Assembly (NCBI GenBank): GCA_002633005.1
Contig: NMRA01000026.1
Location: 1,570,710-1,634,709 of the forward strand
DNA: 64,000 nucleotides
Reading direction: 5' to 3'
Origin: Phoronis australis
Lineage: Eukaryota > Animalia > Phoronida
Under the pieces are notes generated by a model that saw only the letters and a program-made list of their open reading frames with translations, searched no databases and had not been told where the DNA came from. Positions within the stretch are counted from its first letter, which is position 1; each line of letters opens with the position of its first letter. This document shows, piece by piece, positions 24,801 to 34,900 of this stretch. Both the position numbers and the translations under genes were made by a program.

Positions 24801-26627
24801 GAATCCTTTATAAATGACTATTTCTGTTTTTTACGCAGTTTCCCTAACATGCCACGCAGTATCTTCAACATACTAGCCAATCTTGGGGTCTTTTTGATAC
24901 ACGCATGATCGTTGTAATACCTGTAATACCTGTAATACCTGTCACGGACAGGATCATTGGGGATATGCTGGTGCATTAATCCCCTCCCCAGACCATCCCC
25001 GTGACAGCAGAAGGCGCAGAACTCCAGGGCTGACGTTGCCTGTAAGCATTTGATTAGACAGCACTCAGGCACGGCCCTTCTTGTGACTCTTCGCAGCATG
25101 GCCATAAATAATACCGGCTTCGAGCAGGCGGCTGCCATCATTGTAGTTATCATTCCTGCCGACAGGTGTCGCACTGTTATAATGGCTGTTACTCAAGATC
25201 AGCTGCCGCAAATGAACACCTCGTAAAAACGGTGAATGCATGAATAAAAAGAGCCTAATTGGTACGAGTAATACATTTTGGAACCACCATAATCACTATG
25301 AAGAGAGGATTCAGAAAATAGTAGTATCAAGTATGTATGTTAATGGAGACGGATTGTAAACAATAACCACTCGGTGTATTTTTAAGGATTTTACATGGAA
25401 GTTTATTGGTGTTAAACGATGACTTCAAGCGATAAGCTGACACCAGTAACCCGTGTTGTGAACTGCTGAACAGACTGTGTGTGAATCCGATGACTTCATT
25501 GTATAATTTCAACACCTCCGTCTGCCGTCAGGTAACGCAACCGTACGTGTCGCTATGGAGTAGAACTACTCGATCTAAATTGATACAAATTAGGTCGTTG
25601 GGTGGCATGCTCCTTTAACATTTGCAATACCTTGAATTTGTCACCGCACTAGACAGTGTCACGGCACTAGTCGGATATAATGGACCCTAACTTATTCCAA
25701 ATAAATCCACTAAATATAGGTCTAAATGAATGATTTTGGTATTGTTGCATTCCTCAGACATCTGGCTATCCATACAAATCCTTTTCACGACCCTCAATTA
25801 CTCTAGTCTATAACTACGCCATTCTGAACTTGGTACACTTTAGCGTTAGCCACGCGCATTGTGAAATCAGCAGCCATTTCAGGGAACTTACTATATGTAG
25901 CGCCATCTATCGGCGATTTGCTACAACACGCGCTGTTCCTTTTTCATCAGACAACATGGACGACGATAACATGACGATGACAGATACGATCGTGAGAGAG
26001 ACGACGAAGGTGATGACGAGAGCAGATGATTAATAACGACTGACGTTAATAATATTGACGAAATCGACCAATGACGTTGACTGATGAAAAAGGAACAGCA
26101 CATGTTGTAGCAAATCGCCGATAGATGTCGCTAGATACAGTAAGTTCCCTGAAATGGCTGCCGATTTCACGAAGCGCGTGGCTAAAGTGGACCGAGTTCG
26201 GAACAGCGTAGCTATAGACTAGAGTAATTGAGGGTCGTGAAAATGATTTGTACGAATAGCCAGATGTCTGAGGAATGCAACGATACCAAAATCATTCATT
26301 TAGACCTACATTTAATGGATTTATTTGGAATAAGTTAGGGTCCATTATAACTAGTGCCCAGTGTCACCACCTGAACGGGGCTAGCACAGGCGGTAATCAC
26401 CCCCACAGATCGCCATACGCCGGAAACTTTTCCACAAATTATGCAGTGAGAAGAATCTTACCTCGACTTTCCCCTCTGTGCACGTCACGTGGTATGTAAA
26501 CGTCCCCGACTTCGCCGTACCTCTCAAATGTGCGTTTTAAAGTCTCCATAGATGTTCTGTATGAAACGTTATCTACCTTGAGACTCGTCATTCCTTCTGT
26601 ATTCGGCGGTGGACGTCCGTAGCTCAT
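12660..26627 (-). CDS. SRSF2: Serine/arginine-rich splicing factor 2 (SC35); join(26462-26627,18975-19179,12660-12885), 198 aa
   Basis: [14 protein letters not shown] (RNP2), [17 protein letters not shown] (RNP1), [12 protein letters not shown], Gly-rich hinge, RS domain. All GT-AG junctions are phase-compatible; 597 nt in total. Confidence 0.96.
13140..15662 (-). mobile_element. Helentron-associated (HINE/DINE-1-like) element with central tandem repeats (~150 bp monomers, ~420-470 bp higher-order unit)
   Basis: AACAAG terminus at 13141; (GACG)n-like tract and short hairpin GCGTCCACATAT-AA-ATATGTGGGCGC plus A-run at 15297-15328; second similar end at ~15630-15662. Recurring CCACTAGRNGGC and ATATAAATACACTT motifs. 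Confidence 0.7.
15915..18444. repeat. Near-identical ~0.9 kb direct duplication (15915-16823 vs 17546-18444), probably uncollapsed alleles
   Basis: Sequence repeats with only scattered SNPs/indels; a single N at 17545 lies exactly at the start of the second copy. Confidence 0.85.
16823..17544. mobile_element. Left part of a TTAA-CCC (piggyBac-like) non-autonomous insertion
   Basis: TTAA|CCCTCTTGCTGCCAG begins where duplicate copy 1 diverges from copy 2; the right end is not seen (truncated at N). Confidence 0.45.
18655..20706. repeat. Two related element termini (18655-18743 and 20611-20706) flanking SRSF2 exon 2, hAT-like MITE ends
   Basis: Shared TTTTGGCRACCTCAG.TTTCATTTGGTGAYCTGGGATTTT...GAGCRCTG. 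Confidence 0.45.
18975..19179 (-). CDS. SRSF2: SRSF2 coding exon 2 (RRM C-terminal half + hinge)
   Basis: Acceptor TTGCTTTGTAG|GT; [40 protein letters not shown]...; donor CG|GTTAGT. Confidence 0.95.
20833..23870. repeat. Near-identical ~0.85 kb duplication (20833-21687 vs 23017-23870) on either side of the assembly gap
   Basis: The same Kolobok left end and flank are repeated; the first copy runs into the N gap. Confidence 0.85.
21690..22509. other. Assembly gap (N run)
   Basis: 820 N characters. Confidence 1.
23068..25614. mobile_element. Kolobok-type DNA transposon, internally deleted/decayed
   Basis: TTAA TSD (23064-67, 25615-18); TIRs AGGAGAATGCCACCCGA / TTGGGTGGCATGCTCCT. THAP remnant on + (MPLRC.A..., [15 protein letters not shown]...VCS); opposite-strand [12 protein letters not shown], resembling the PYxFEP start of KolX (~23520-23555). 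Confidence 0.8.
25676..26349. mobile_element. Foldback MITE with ~280 bp inverted arms, TA-flanked
   Basis: TATAATGGACCCTAACTTATTCC... (25676-25955) is the reverse complement of 26075-26349, with scattered mismatches; ~120 bp GAC/GAT-rich spacer. Confidence 0.9.
26462..26627 (-). CDS. SRSF2: SRSF2 coding exon 1 (RRM N-terminal half)
   Basis: ATG at 26627; [25 protein letters not shown]...ESRG; donor G|GTAAGA, phase 1. Confidence 0.95.
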
Positions 26628-26694
26628 TCTGAAATAATCAGTCAGGAATATGTTTAATTAAAACAGGCAAGTCGTCCAACACGCTTCGAAGAAA

Positions 26695-26807
26695 CAAAAT
26701 GGCGTCAAGGTGTTCGACCCGCTGGTTCTCTGCCTGCCGCTAGGCGGTAGCGGCACGCGGGGAACCAGTTAACCAGGGTCCCGGGCCTCACAAGCTGACG
26801 TCACGTG
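26695..26807 (-). promoter_or_regulatory. SRSF2 proximal promoter motifs: YY1-type CAAAATGGCG (26695-26704), CRE TGACGTCA (26796-26803) overlapping E-box CACGTG
   Basis: Motifs 70-180 bp upstream of the ATG in a locally GC/CpG-rich stretch. Confidence 0.5.
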
Positions 26808-26818
26808 GGTGTAGGAGA

Positions 26819-26980
26819 CTAGCCTCCCGTTCAGTAACGCTAGGACCTCGCTAAAAAGCAAGACTTCGCGAAATTACGTGAGATATTGCCGTGCATTTTA
26901 AATAAGAACACGTGACTTTGACTAGGTTTTAGCTAGGTCCTAGCGTCGGTAGGTCCTAGCGTCTACTGAACGCACGCTAG
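26819..26980. mobile_element. Small palindromic MITE upstream of SRSF2
   Basis: CTAGCCTCCCGTTCAGTAACGCTAGGACC ... GGTCCTAGCGTCTACTGAACGCACGCTAG imperfect inverted termini. Confidence 0.55.
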
Positions 26981-28133
26981 GAACCAGTGAGAGTGTACGA
27001 AGTCTCGTTCGGGGTGGGTGATCTTATCTGCCTTTTGGCGAAGTGGGCAAAAAGGTTCGCCTCAAAAGTCGAAAATCAAGAAAACGAGACAAAAGTCCAC
27101 TAAAAAGGCACTGAGGAACTATAATAGGCAAAATTCGACCGAAAATTTATATCATGCACAATTCACGCGCACTGCAGCTCGTATAAATAAAGTCTCCAGT
27201 TAGGAGTTGGCCCGTTTTTATCCTACAACCCCAAGAAAGCGTTATCTCAAACCATCAAAAACTCAGGTACACTCCAAGTCTTCATGGGCTCACTCCGGCA
27301 TCCGACCACGCCCATGGGGCGGCGAGTCGCCGGGGCGATCGACTGCAGGGCGTCGGTGATCATATCTGCCATAACTAGTAGTAGTTTACTTAAAAACAAC
27401 ATTTTTAAACTCAATATTTCAAGAAAATAACTTTTACAATGTTTTTCAGCAAGAAAATTAATATGTTGAAGTTTTCGATTATAATTCACGTGGTGCGCGC
27501 CGTTGATCCCATCCATGCCACAAGTGCACCACGTATGGCAAGCGCGTGCAGGCCGCGGTGACTAGCTAGCCTGTAGGAGGCTCAGGCTGCCCGGCTGGAC
27601 CCAAATAACAGAATTGCCCATCACTCAGTGTCACTTCCATCCCCTGGTCGTCAATTTCATACCCGACTCCGCCATATAGGCGTGCAATTATTTGAGAGCT
27701 GACGCCGCGTTCGGAAGCGGTGTCACCGCCTTCAGTTAATTAAGACAAAAAACAAAAAGAAATACGTGCATTATATATCCGTTTGCAAGTTGAGTTGTTA
27801 CTCTGTAAGTTTATTTTAAGTAATGCAAATGAATTTTGATTTTGAGCAACCGAGGTTGCACATTTCTTGTTTGTTGAACTGAATTACACTTATCCCTCCC
27901 CCAAAAAATTACTTCGACCGGTCATCTGTCGTGGTGACCAACACAGCAAGTGTTGCCTGAAAACTTGAGGCGTTTCAAGTTTCATAAATGCTTCCCCATG
28001 ATGTCCAAGAACACAGAAAAGACAAAAAACGTCGTTTGTATTCCAGTCTTAGGACTTACAAATATTTTCTTATGAAAACTATGCAATTGCCCGGCTCCTG
28101 GCGACATCCCGCTAGATCCGCCATTGTATAACC

Positions 28134-28207
28134 ATGGACGGCGCACCATAGGGAACTGGGGGGCTATAGCCCCCTCCCCCACTTTTTTCAGTGCTGCGCC
28201 GCCCATA
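28134..28207. mobile_element. Tiny GC-rich MITE-like insertion
   Basis: ATGGACGGCGCA ... TGCGCCGCCCAT inverted ends; internal palindrome GGGGGCTATAGCCCCC. Confidence 0.4.
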
Positions 28208-28219
28208 ATAACGCCACTA

Positions 28220-29900
28220 ATAATGCTCTTGAAATTTGCCAATCCATCATCAGGCTTCCGATTCAGCACCTAGTATGCTCTCATGCAGTCTGTCTTGGTC
28301 GTTTGGGGAGTTTGTCTTCGATCATGCTGTGATACACTTTATTGTGATCGGGAAGTTGAATTTTCTATCCATATCTGATTGCGGCTCTCGTGGATAGTTA
28401 AACCAAGGTCGCCAATTTCATTTTGCAGTCAACGCGGCTCCCGTAACGTTTTTCCCGCGTTCAGTACATAGAATGTTGCACTATAGGACATTTTTTCGTT
28501 TTGCCCAAAAATTTGATTGAGAAATTTTTAGGGGGCGCGACAAACACAACTAGCAAAAGCAGGTCAGCATGCCGTTTTCAGGGCTTGTGCGGACATTTCC
28601 ATTTTAAGACTGTGGTTGCTCCCTCATGTATGGGCCTACTACGACATCCTAGATCGGCCAGGGATATATTTTTACCCGAAAAGACTTCCTCGATCGAGAC
28701 ACTCCGCGAATGATTACGTGGAACTCAGTGAGTCCCTGAACCTTAAAGTAAGAATTTCCAATGAAAGTGACCGCTGTGAGAGCAGCAGGAACCCAGACTG
28801 TCATAAACGGGGTACACCTCGACACTGAATTCGCGGGCGATCTTAACTCTAATACTGCATGCGCGCACCCAAGTCCACTGAAAAGGCACAGGCGCACAGT
28901 GAAGGTGGTATCCCGTTCTTTTTTTAGTCCCCCCACTTTTTTGTCAGCAAAAGGTTCCAATATCGCCAGAAATTCGAGCCCCCATATCAAAGGCTGGGTG
29001 TGGGCATGTACTGCGAGCCAGTATGCGGCCAAAAGTCGAGGTTACACGGTAGGCCAACTCCAAGTACTGGATTGGCCCCAAGGCCAGATTTACCGGCACA
29101 TTTCGAATTTCCGGACTACCGCGCAAAAAGGGTTCTACCCTGATAGGACCGACACAGTAACAGAACGTTTTGAAACTCGCCCTGGAAAACTATAGGATAC
29201 ATCGATTTGGAGTACCCTAACCCATGTTCATTTGTAAGGGGTTCCCATGAAAAATGTCATTTTTGCTGGGATTAGTTTCACAAAGTTGAATCTAACCCTC
29301 CTGTAAGCCTTGTTTTTTTTTCAACTGAGTTAAGCCTACTGGACGAGATTATAAGAAAATGATAGGTCTCGCATTTCGAGAACCAGTTTTCTCAACTGAA
29401 TGACAGACATGGTGAGCATTGTAGTTCGCCAGGACGTCGGAAGGCATACTTTCGAAAGGAATTTTGTCGGAAAACGGCATCTTTTTATAACTTTACTTTT
29501 GTCATAAAGGGCGACATCAGTTTCGTATATGAAAACTGGTACCGAATCAGTAATAATCTCTGAGCGGCACATACGACGGTACTGCATACCTCTTCTAACA
29601 AGTGCTCCTGGGAGGGCAAACTCTGCCCACTCCTCACCAAGACTTTTGTCCGGCCACCCCGGCCGGCTGGTCGTCGCCGAGGTTTCAATTGCCCCTTTTT
29701 GTCGGGCGCTGCAAATTATTCGACCATAGGGGCCAAGTGCCACCTGATTCCAGCGGCCATGGATACAGAATAGTAACCTAAGCGAGTTGCCAAGTTCGCT
29801 ATCGATAAAACCAATACTGAATGCCCCGTTATACCAAACTGTTTCTAGAACGTCCGAGACAGTCATAACATCTCCATGAGGACCGGCTTGGGAATCGGAG
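28220..29900 (-). mobile_element. Possible heavily decayed DIRS/Ngaro-like retroelement (RT-RNase H)
   Basis: GC-balanced stretch with by-eye matches: LRLLFCIHGRWNQVALGPYG (cf. LRF..G..YQF..LPFG), AGKSGLGA (cf. DASxxGWGA), LEFLAI (cf. LELLAV), DTT, WVP, at plausible RNase H spacing. Confidence 0.3.
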
Positions 29901-29910
29901 TAAGCCTTGA

Positions 29911-30100
29911 AGAGTCATGAAACTCAAAGGCTCGCCAAAAATAACTTTTAAAGAATTCTCGAAGAACGTATCATCTCGCAACGTCTAATATTCACTTTCC
30001 CATGTGATGAATTTCCACGAAAAGCATAAAGTTAATACGCGCGAAGGAAAATCTGTGTAGTCACCACATACTTTCTAATCTTCCTCCCACTTATCATAAA
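29911..30100. mobile_element. Left end of a second copy of the 427-1588 element family
   Basis: TTGA|AGAGTCATGAAAC...CAAAAATAACTTTTAAA...TTTCTAATC..CCCACTTAT aligns to 427-630. Confidence 0.5.
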
Positions 30101-31816
30101 TGTGCGCGCTCACAGTCATTCGACAAACAGCTAACTCACAAGAACGATAGTGCTGGTGTAACGCGCAGAACACTGGCATAATACTCGTGTGTGATTGCAC
30201 TCCGAACGTGAGGTCGACACCCCTGATAGGTAAGCCAGGGAACATTACAGCATCCTGTCGTTCAGTAACTTTTCCAGACGTGAGGGGTGCTGAACGTGCG
30301 ATAATATCTGGCTTACCTTAACTTTCATTTTTATCAGCCCACCCCAGTCAGGCTAGATACGATCTGATCGGAGATTAGAGCAATTATCAAACAAAAGAGC
30401 ACAGGCCCTCCAACCATCAACGCCAGAATGGAGTTAATTGGCTACGGGGGGTAAACTTCCCAACTTGTTGTTGGGCTATACAATCGAACAAGTTGGGAGC
30501 AACGGGATGTCGCCGTCACGAGCAAGAGATTTCCCAGTGCATTTTTGAATATATTTGAATACTACGATACATTTGTCACTAATTTTAAACATCAGTTGCC
30601 TCTTCAGTAACTTTTAGCTGCTTTTGAAGTCGCAATTGTTTTGTTTACATAAAGTGTCAAAGGTCACATTTTCTTTATAAAGGAATCGTGTTACGTCTAT
30701 GTCTTGCCACTGATACCTAATATAAGGAGACGTGCTTTGCCTCACGGGAGAAAATCGACAATGGCATACCATCGTCTTGCCGGTTCTAAGGGGCCGGATC
30801 CGGCAGTGAAGATCGATGTATAATAAGCCCCGGATGATAGGCACTGACCTTCAGCGAATTATACTAGAAATTGTCCTACACATATATAGACCAATGAATG
30901 CATTTGCGAGTGTGGTATTGTGTGGGACAATACCTTATTAAGTATTTAATTTAGTCTTTTTTTCCAAGCTGGCATTTATTTGAGAAAACTTCATTTCAAA
31001 TGAGAACGCTTTTTAAATTTTAACTCCCCGACCTGTGTAAACATGTACATTTCACCGTGAGTTGACTAAGAAATCGAATTCGGCCTTTCGCTCCCATTAG
31101 AAATAAATAGGTTTTTCCAAAATCCCGGCTTACGCCGTGGCAGATTTCACTGCTGTCAATAGGCGACTGATGAGCCACATGCGCCGCTTATTTCCGAATT
31201 CGCAATTTACGGTTGGCCAACCCCAATAAGATTTGAAGCGTTTTTTGAGTTACTGCCCATGCTGGTAACGGAAATAGAATCTTATAACGTTAAAGAATAT
31301 CAAAGACTAAGAGAACGCGTCTGTGAAAAAGGAAATCAATTTTCAACGGTTAGTGGAGGGCGCGGGTCGGAACAGTGAGGGCGAAATGCAACTTGAAATA
31401 AAAGTTACAAAATAATTGGTTTGATCAAAACATCAATCTAAATTTGTTTTTTTTGTTACACCAAAGCAGTTTTATAGCCACTATACTAAAGTCCAATAAA
31501 TTGAGAAGTAGCCTATCAGGCATGTTAATTTTTGTGCCGCCGGGGCTGAGGCCCGAGTGTTTTAACATTATTACTCTATTATAAGCATGTTTCATTCAAT
31601 TTTATTCGCTGTATTTTGACAACAGCAAATTTTTATGGGGGTGTAGTGTACTGACGCCCTTGTATGCCTGCTAAATGCTCCACTGCCTAACTTCTGGCCA
31701 CTGAAACCGCCGCGGCGACCGCCGGGACACTGACCACTGCCTAGCCAGAAATGGCCACCTTGCGTCGAAAGTTAACGGTTATCAGCGGAGATCAACGAAC
31801 AACGTTATAAACAAAA

Positions 31817-31826
31817 GTCATGTGAT
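31817..31826 (+). promoter_or_regulatory. M-box/CLEAR-like motif GTCATGTGAT just upstream of the MFSD11 ATG
   Basis: TCATGTGA ~20 bp before the start codon. Confidence 0.3.
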
Positions 31827-31845
31827 ATGCTGCCAACAATCCAAA

Positions 31846-31944
31846 ATGGCAGGTGCTTGTGATTTGCGCTTGTTCAACGTTATAATTCTTGGAGTTGCTT
31901 TCATGCTCATTTTTACGGCGTTCCAGACAAGTTCTTTAGTACAG
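31846..31944 (+). CDS. MFSD11: MFSD11 exon 1
   Basis: MAGACDLRLFNVIILGVAFMLIFTAFQTSSLVQ; donor CAG|GTAACA. Confidence 0.93.
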
Positions 31945-34900
31945 GTAACATTACAGTGGACATTCCCTTTCTGAGTTACTGATTTGTTTTAAGACTTGAG
32001 CAGTCGCAGCCGTGGAATAGCTTGCCGGGTTACATTACATCAATCATCATGTGGATAATTTCTCGTTTGCACAGGGTAAAGCCTGCAATATGGCATAGGC
32101 ATATGGAGAACAGTTTTAACTTAAGTTACTACATTTTAAACAGTACAAAAAGACTAAAAAGTTAATTTGTGTTGATCTTTACAAAGGACCACTTCCCAAA
32201 GGAATGTTGGTTTTAAATATTAATACCTGTTTTCATTACTTTATTTTACACTCCTGTCTTTGTCTACTTGCTATAAGTTTTACCTGTTAGGGTTGCTATC
32301 TTTTTATTTTGTGTTTAACCGAAGCATCAAAACAACTTAGAAGTTAGTTAATTGTGAACCCATCTCTAAGTTTTCCAGAGTACAGCTTCACTAAACATGT
32401 CACAGCAAATAACACTCCACGTGCCATTAGTTTAAGTTCAATCTTTATTAAAACTCATATCATAAAATATATACAAATGTGCAAATATGGTGATAGCCAA
32501 ACTGAAGATTTGGAACCTACGGACAATTTTGGTTGGAGTAACTACATAACTATTTTAGCTTTTCCTCAATCGTAAAAAATGATATCACAGCTCTTGCCCA
32601 GTGACCAACCTCATCCACTGCTTGCACTCTCTCGTTGGCTACTAAGCTAGCCATCTTAGTTGTCTTCACAGGTGTTCCATTACAACTACAAGCTAACTAT
32701 CAGAAATGGCGCATTTCCGCAAATAGCAGTTTTGTGGTTAGTGTACTACTCCTGGAGTAAAGTAGTTCGGCATACACTGGGCCATAAGCGATGTTTTAAA
32801 AGTTATTGATATCTAATTGAGTCACTGTGTGTTTTTCAAAGATGTTTCAATGTAGCTTAGTTGTATATTTAAAGAATGTTGGTTAATGCATTTTGAAAAT
32901 TCACCAGTATGTACAGGCAGAAGTGTTTACTACAGTTTATGGTCTGGTAATTACACTTAATTGGGTCTTACTCGCACCGGACAATGCGGTCATCGCAACT
33001 GAGTCTGACTCTGGTGCCGCGCTTTCTTTGATACCGGTAAAAGCCGCTCCAAAGAACGAGCAGTGAAAAGTCACGCATATATATAGAAATGAGTGACTTT
33101 TGTGTAAGCGTATTATTCACGGCATGATTGCCATTGACCCCTTCTCTTGACAATGACCATCATCTCTGATGCAGCCACCAGATGATGGAACTCCTACTGG
33201 AGCTTCATGGAAGCTTTTCGGCGAATTATGCCTCGCACTGACTAAAACATCAAAGTCACGTTGTTATAAACCCCTTTTGCGCATAGGAGGTGGTCGATGA
33301 CGAAGTATTTAATTCCTTCCAACTCGAACAAATACTCCTGTTATCAAATTTTTTTACGAGCAGTCCATCGTTCAGTTCCCAAAATTTGTAACTGACCATT
33401 TTTAACACTGTGCCCAGCAGTTGGCATGACATATGTATTCCCTAGCGTGCGCAGTGTGAAAATGGCGAGTTACCGATTTTGGAAACTGAATGAGGGACTG
33501 CTCAAAGAAAAAGTTTGATAAGAGGAGTATTTGTTTGAGTTGGAAGGAATTAAATACATCTATAACCATCTAAGGTCCCTCTAGTCTATGCGCAAAAGGT
33601 ATTTATAACAATGTGACTTTGATGTTTTAGTCAGTGCAAGGTATAATTCGCCGAAAAGCTTTTCGGCGAATTATACCTCACTGATTAAAACATCAAAGCT
33701 GTTGATGTCTTTAATTCCTTCCAACTCTAACAAATACTCCCGTAATCAAAGTTTTTCTTTGAGCAGTCCTTCGTTCACTGTTGTCCAAATCGGCAACTTG
33801 CCGTTGTTACACTGCGCGCTTTTCTGTTTTTATCGCGCCCGCTACTAGCGCACGCAAGGTTAAAATGGCCAGTTGCTAATTTGGGCATCTGAAAGAAAGA
33901 CTGCTTGAAGAAAAAGTTTGATTGTGGGAGTATTTTCCAGAGTACAGCTTTACCAAACATGTCACAGCAAACAAAACTCCACGTGCCATTAGTTCAAGTT
34001 CAGTGTTTATTAAAACTCATATCATAAAATATATACAAATGTGCAAATATGGTGATAGCCAAACTGAAGATTTGGAACCTACGGACAATTTTGGTTGGAG
34101 TAACTACATAACTATTTTAGCTTTTCCTCAATCGTAAAAAATGATATCACAGCTCTTGCCCACGGACCAACCTCATAACAACAGAGTGAGGCATAATTCG
34201 CCGAAAACCTTCTGGCGTATGGAGCTCCTGTAGGAGCCTCACCGTCTCTATTGGAGTCAGCTAGAGATGGTGGTCACTGTCTATGCTGTCTGGTGACATT
34301 CAAAATAGGCCGTGTTTGGCATAGGCCGTTATACCTACACGACCGTAGCCATAAGGCAAAGCCCACAGGAGGCATTATAAAACCACTTTTGTGACCACTT
34401 TTGGTTGTGGGGGCGATTTTGTGTTGATGTTTTTTATCACAAATCTTTTTGTGTGATAAAAGTAAAAAGTTCCCATATTTACACCACAGGCAATCTCATC
34501 AACCACTTTCCATAATGTACTATAATATGTAGATGGAATACAACTATACAAGAGCAATCTAATATGTCCAAGAAGCAGGCAAGTTCTTAGTGATTAAAAT
34601 TAATGGGATAGTTAAAAATGCACTTCAAATTGGCAATTGTAGCATTGATGGTTAACTTAATATTTGTTTTGTGAAGGCACAATCATTGAAAACAAATGGA
34701 ACCACATAGTTTATGCAATATGCCTTAAATTCCAAAGGCCACTGACTGATTAACAATTGTAGGCTACTGGAGATTGTGTTTCCAATGCCCTACTCAACGT
34801 AAGGTCGCATCAAATCAAAATAACAACATAAGTGGTGAGACATTCTGGTTAGGGTCGTGAAAGTAAATATTAGAACACATATTCTTGGATCAATTTCATG

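Noticed and set aside
26010-26084. C/D box snoRNA (GTGATGA...CTGA)
   Set aside because: Lies in the low-complexity GAC/GAT spacer of a foldback MITE; no recognisable rRNA guide.
28850-28900. SWIM zinc finger (CAC...GCAH)
   Set aside because: Needs an ad hoc frameshift and has no supporting context.
29911-30100. Apparent DIRS RT motifs (VGGRL, ILDV) on the minus strand
   Set aside because: The segment aligns with the non-coding left end of the TTAA element at 427-630, and the motif spacing is wrong; coincidental.
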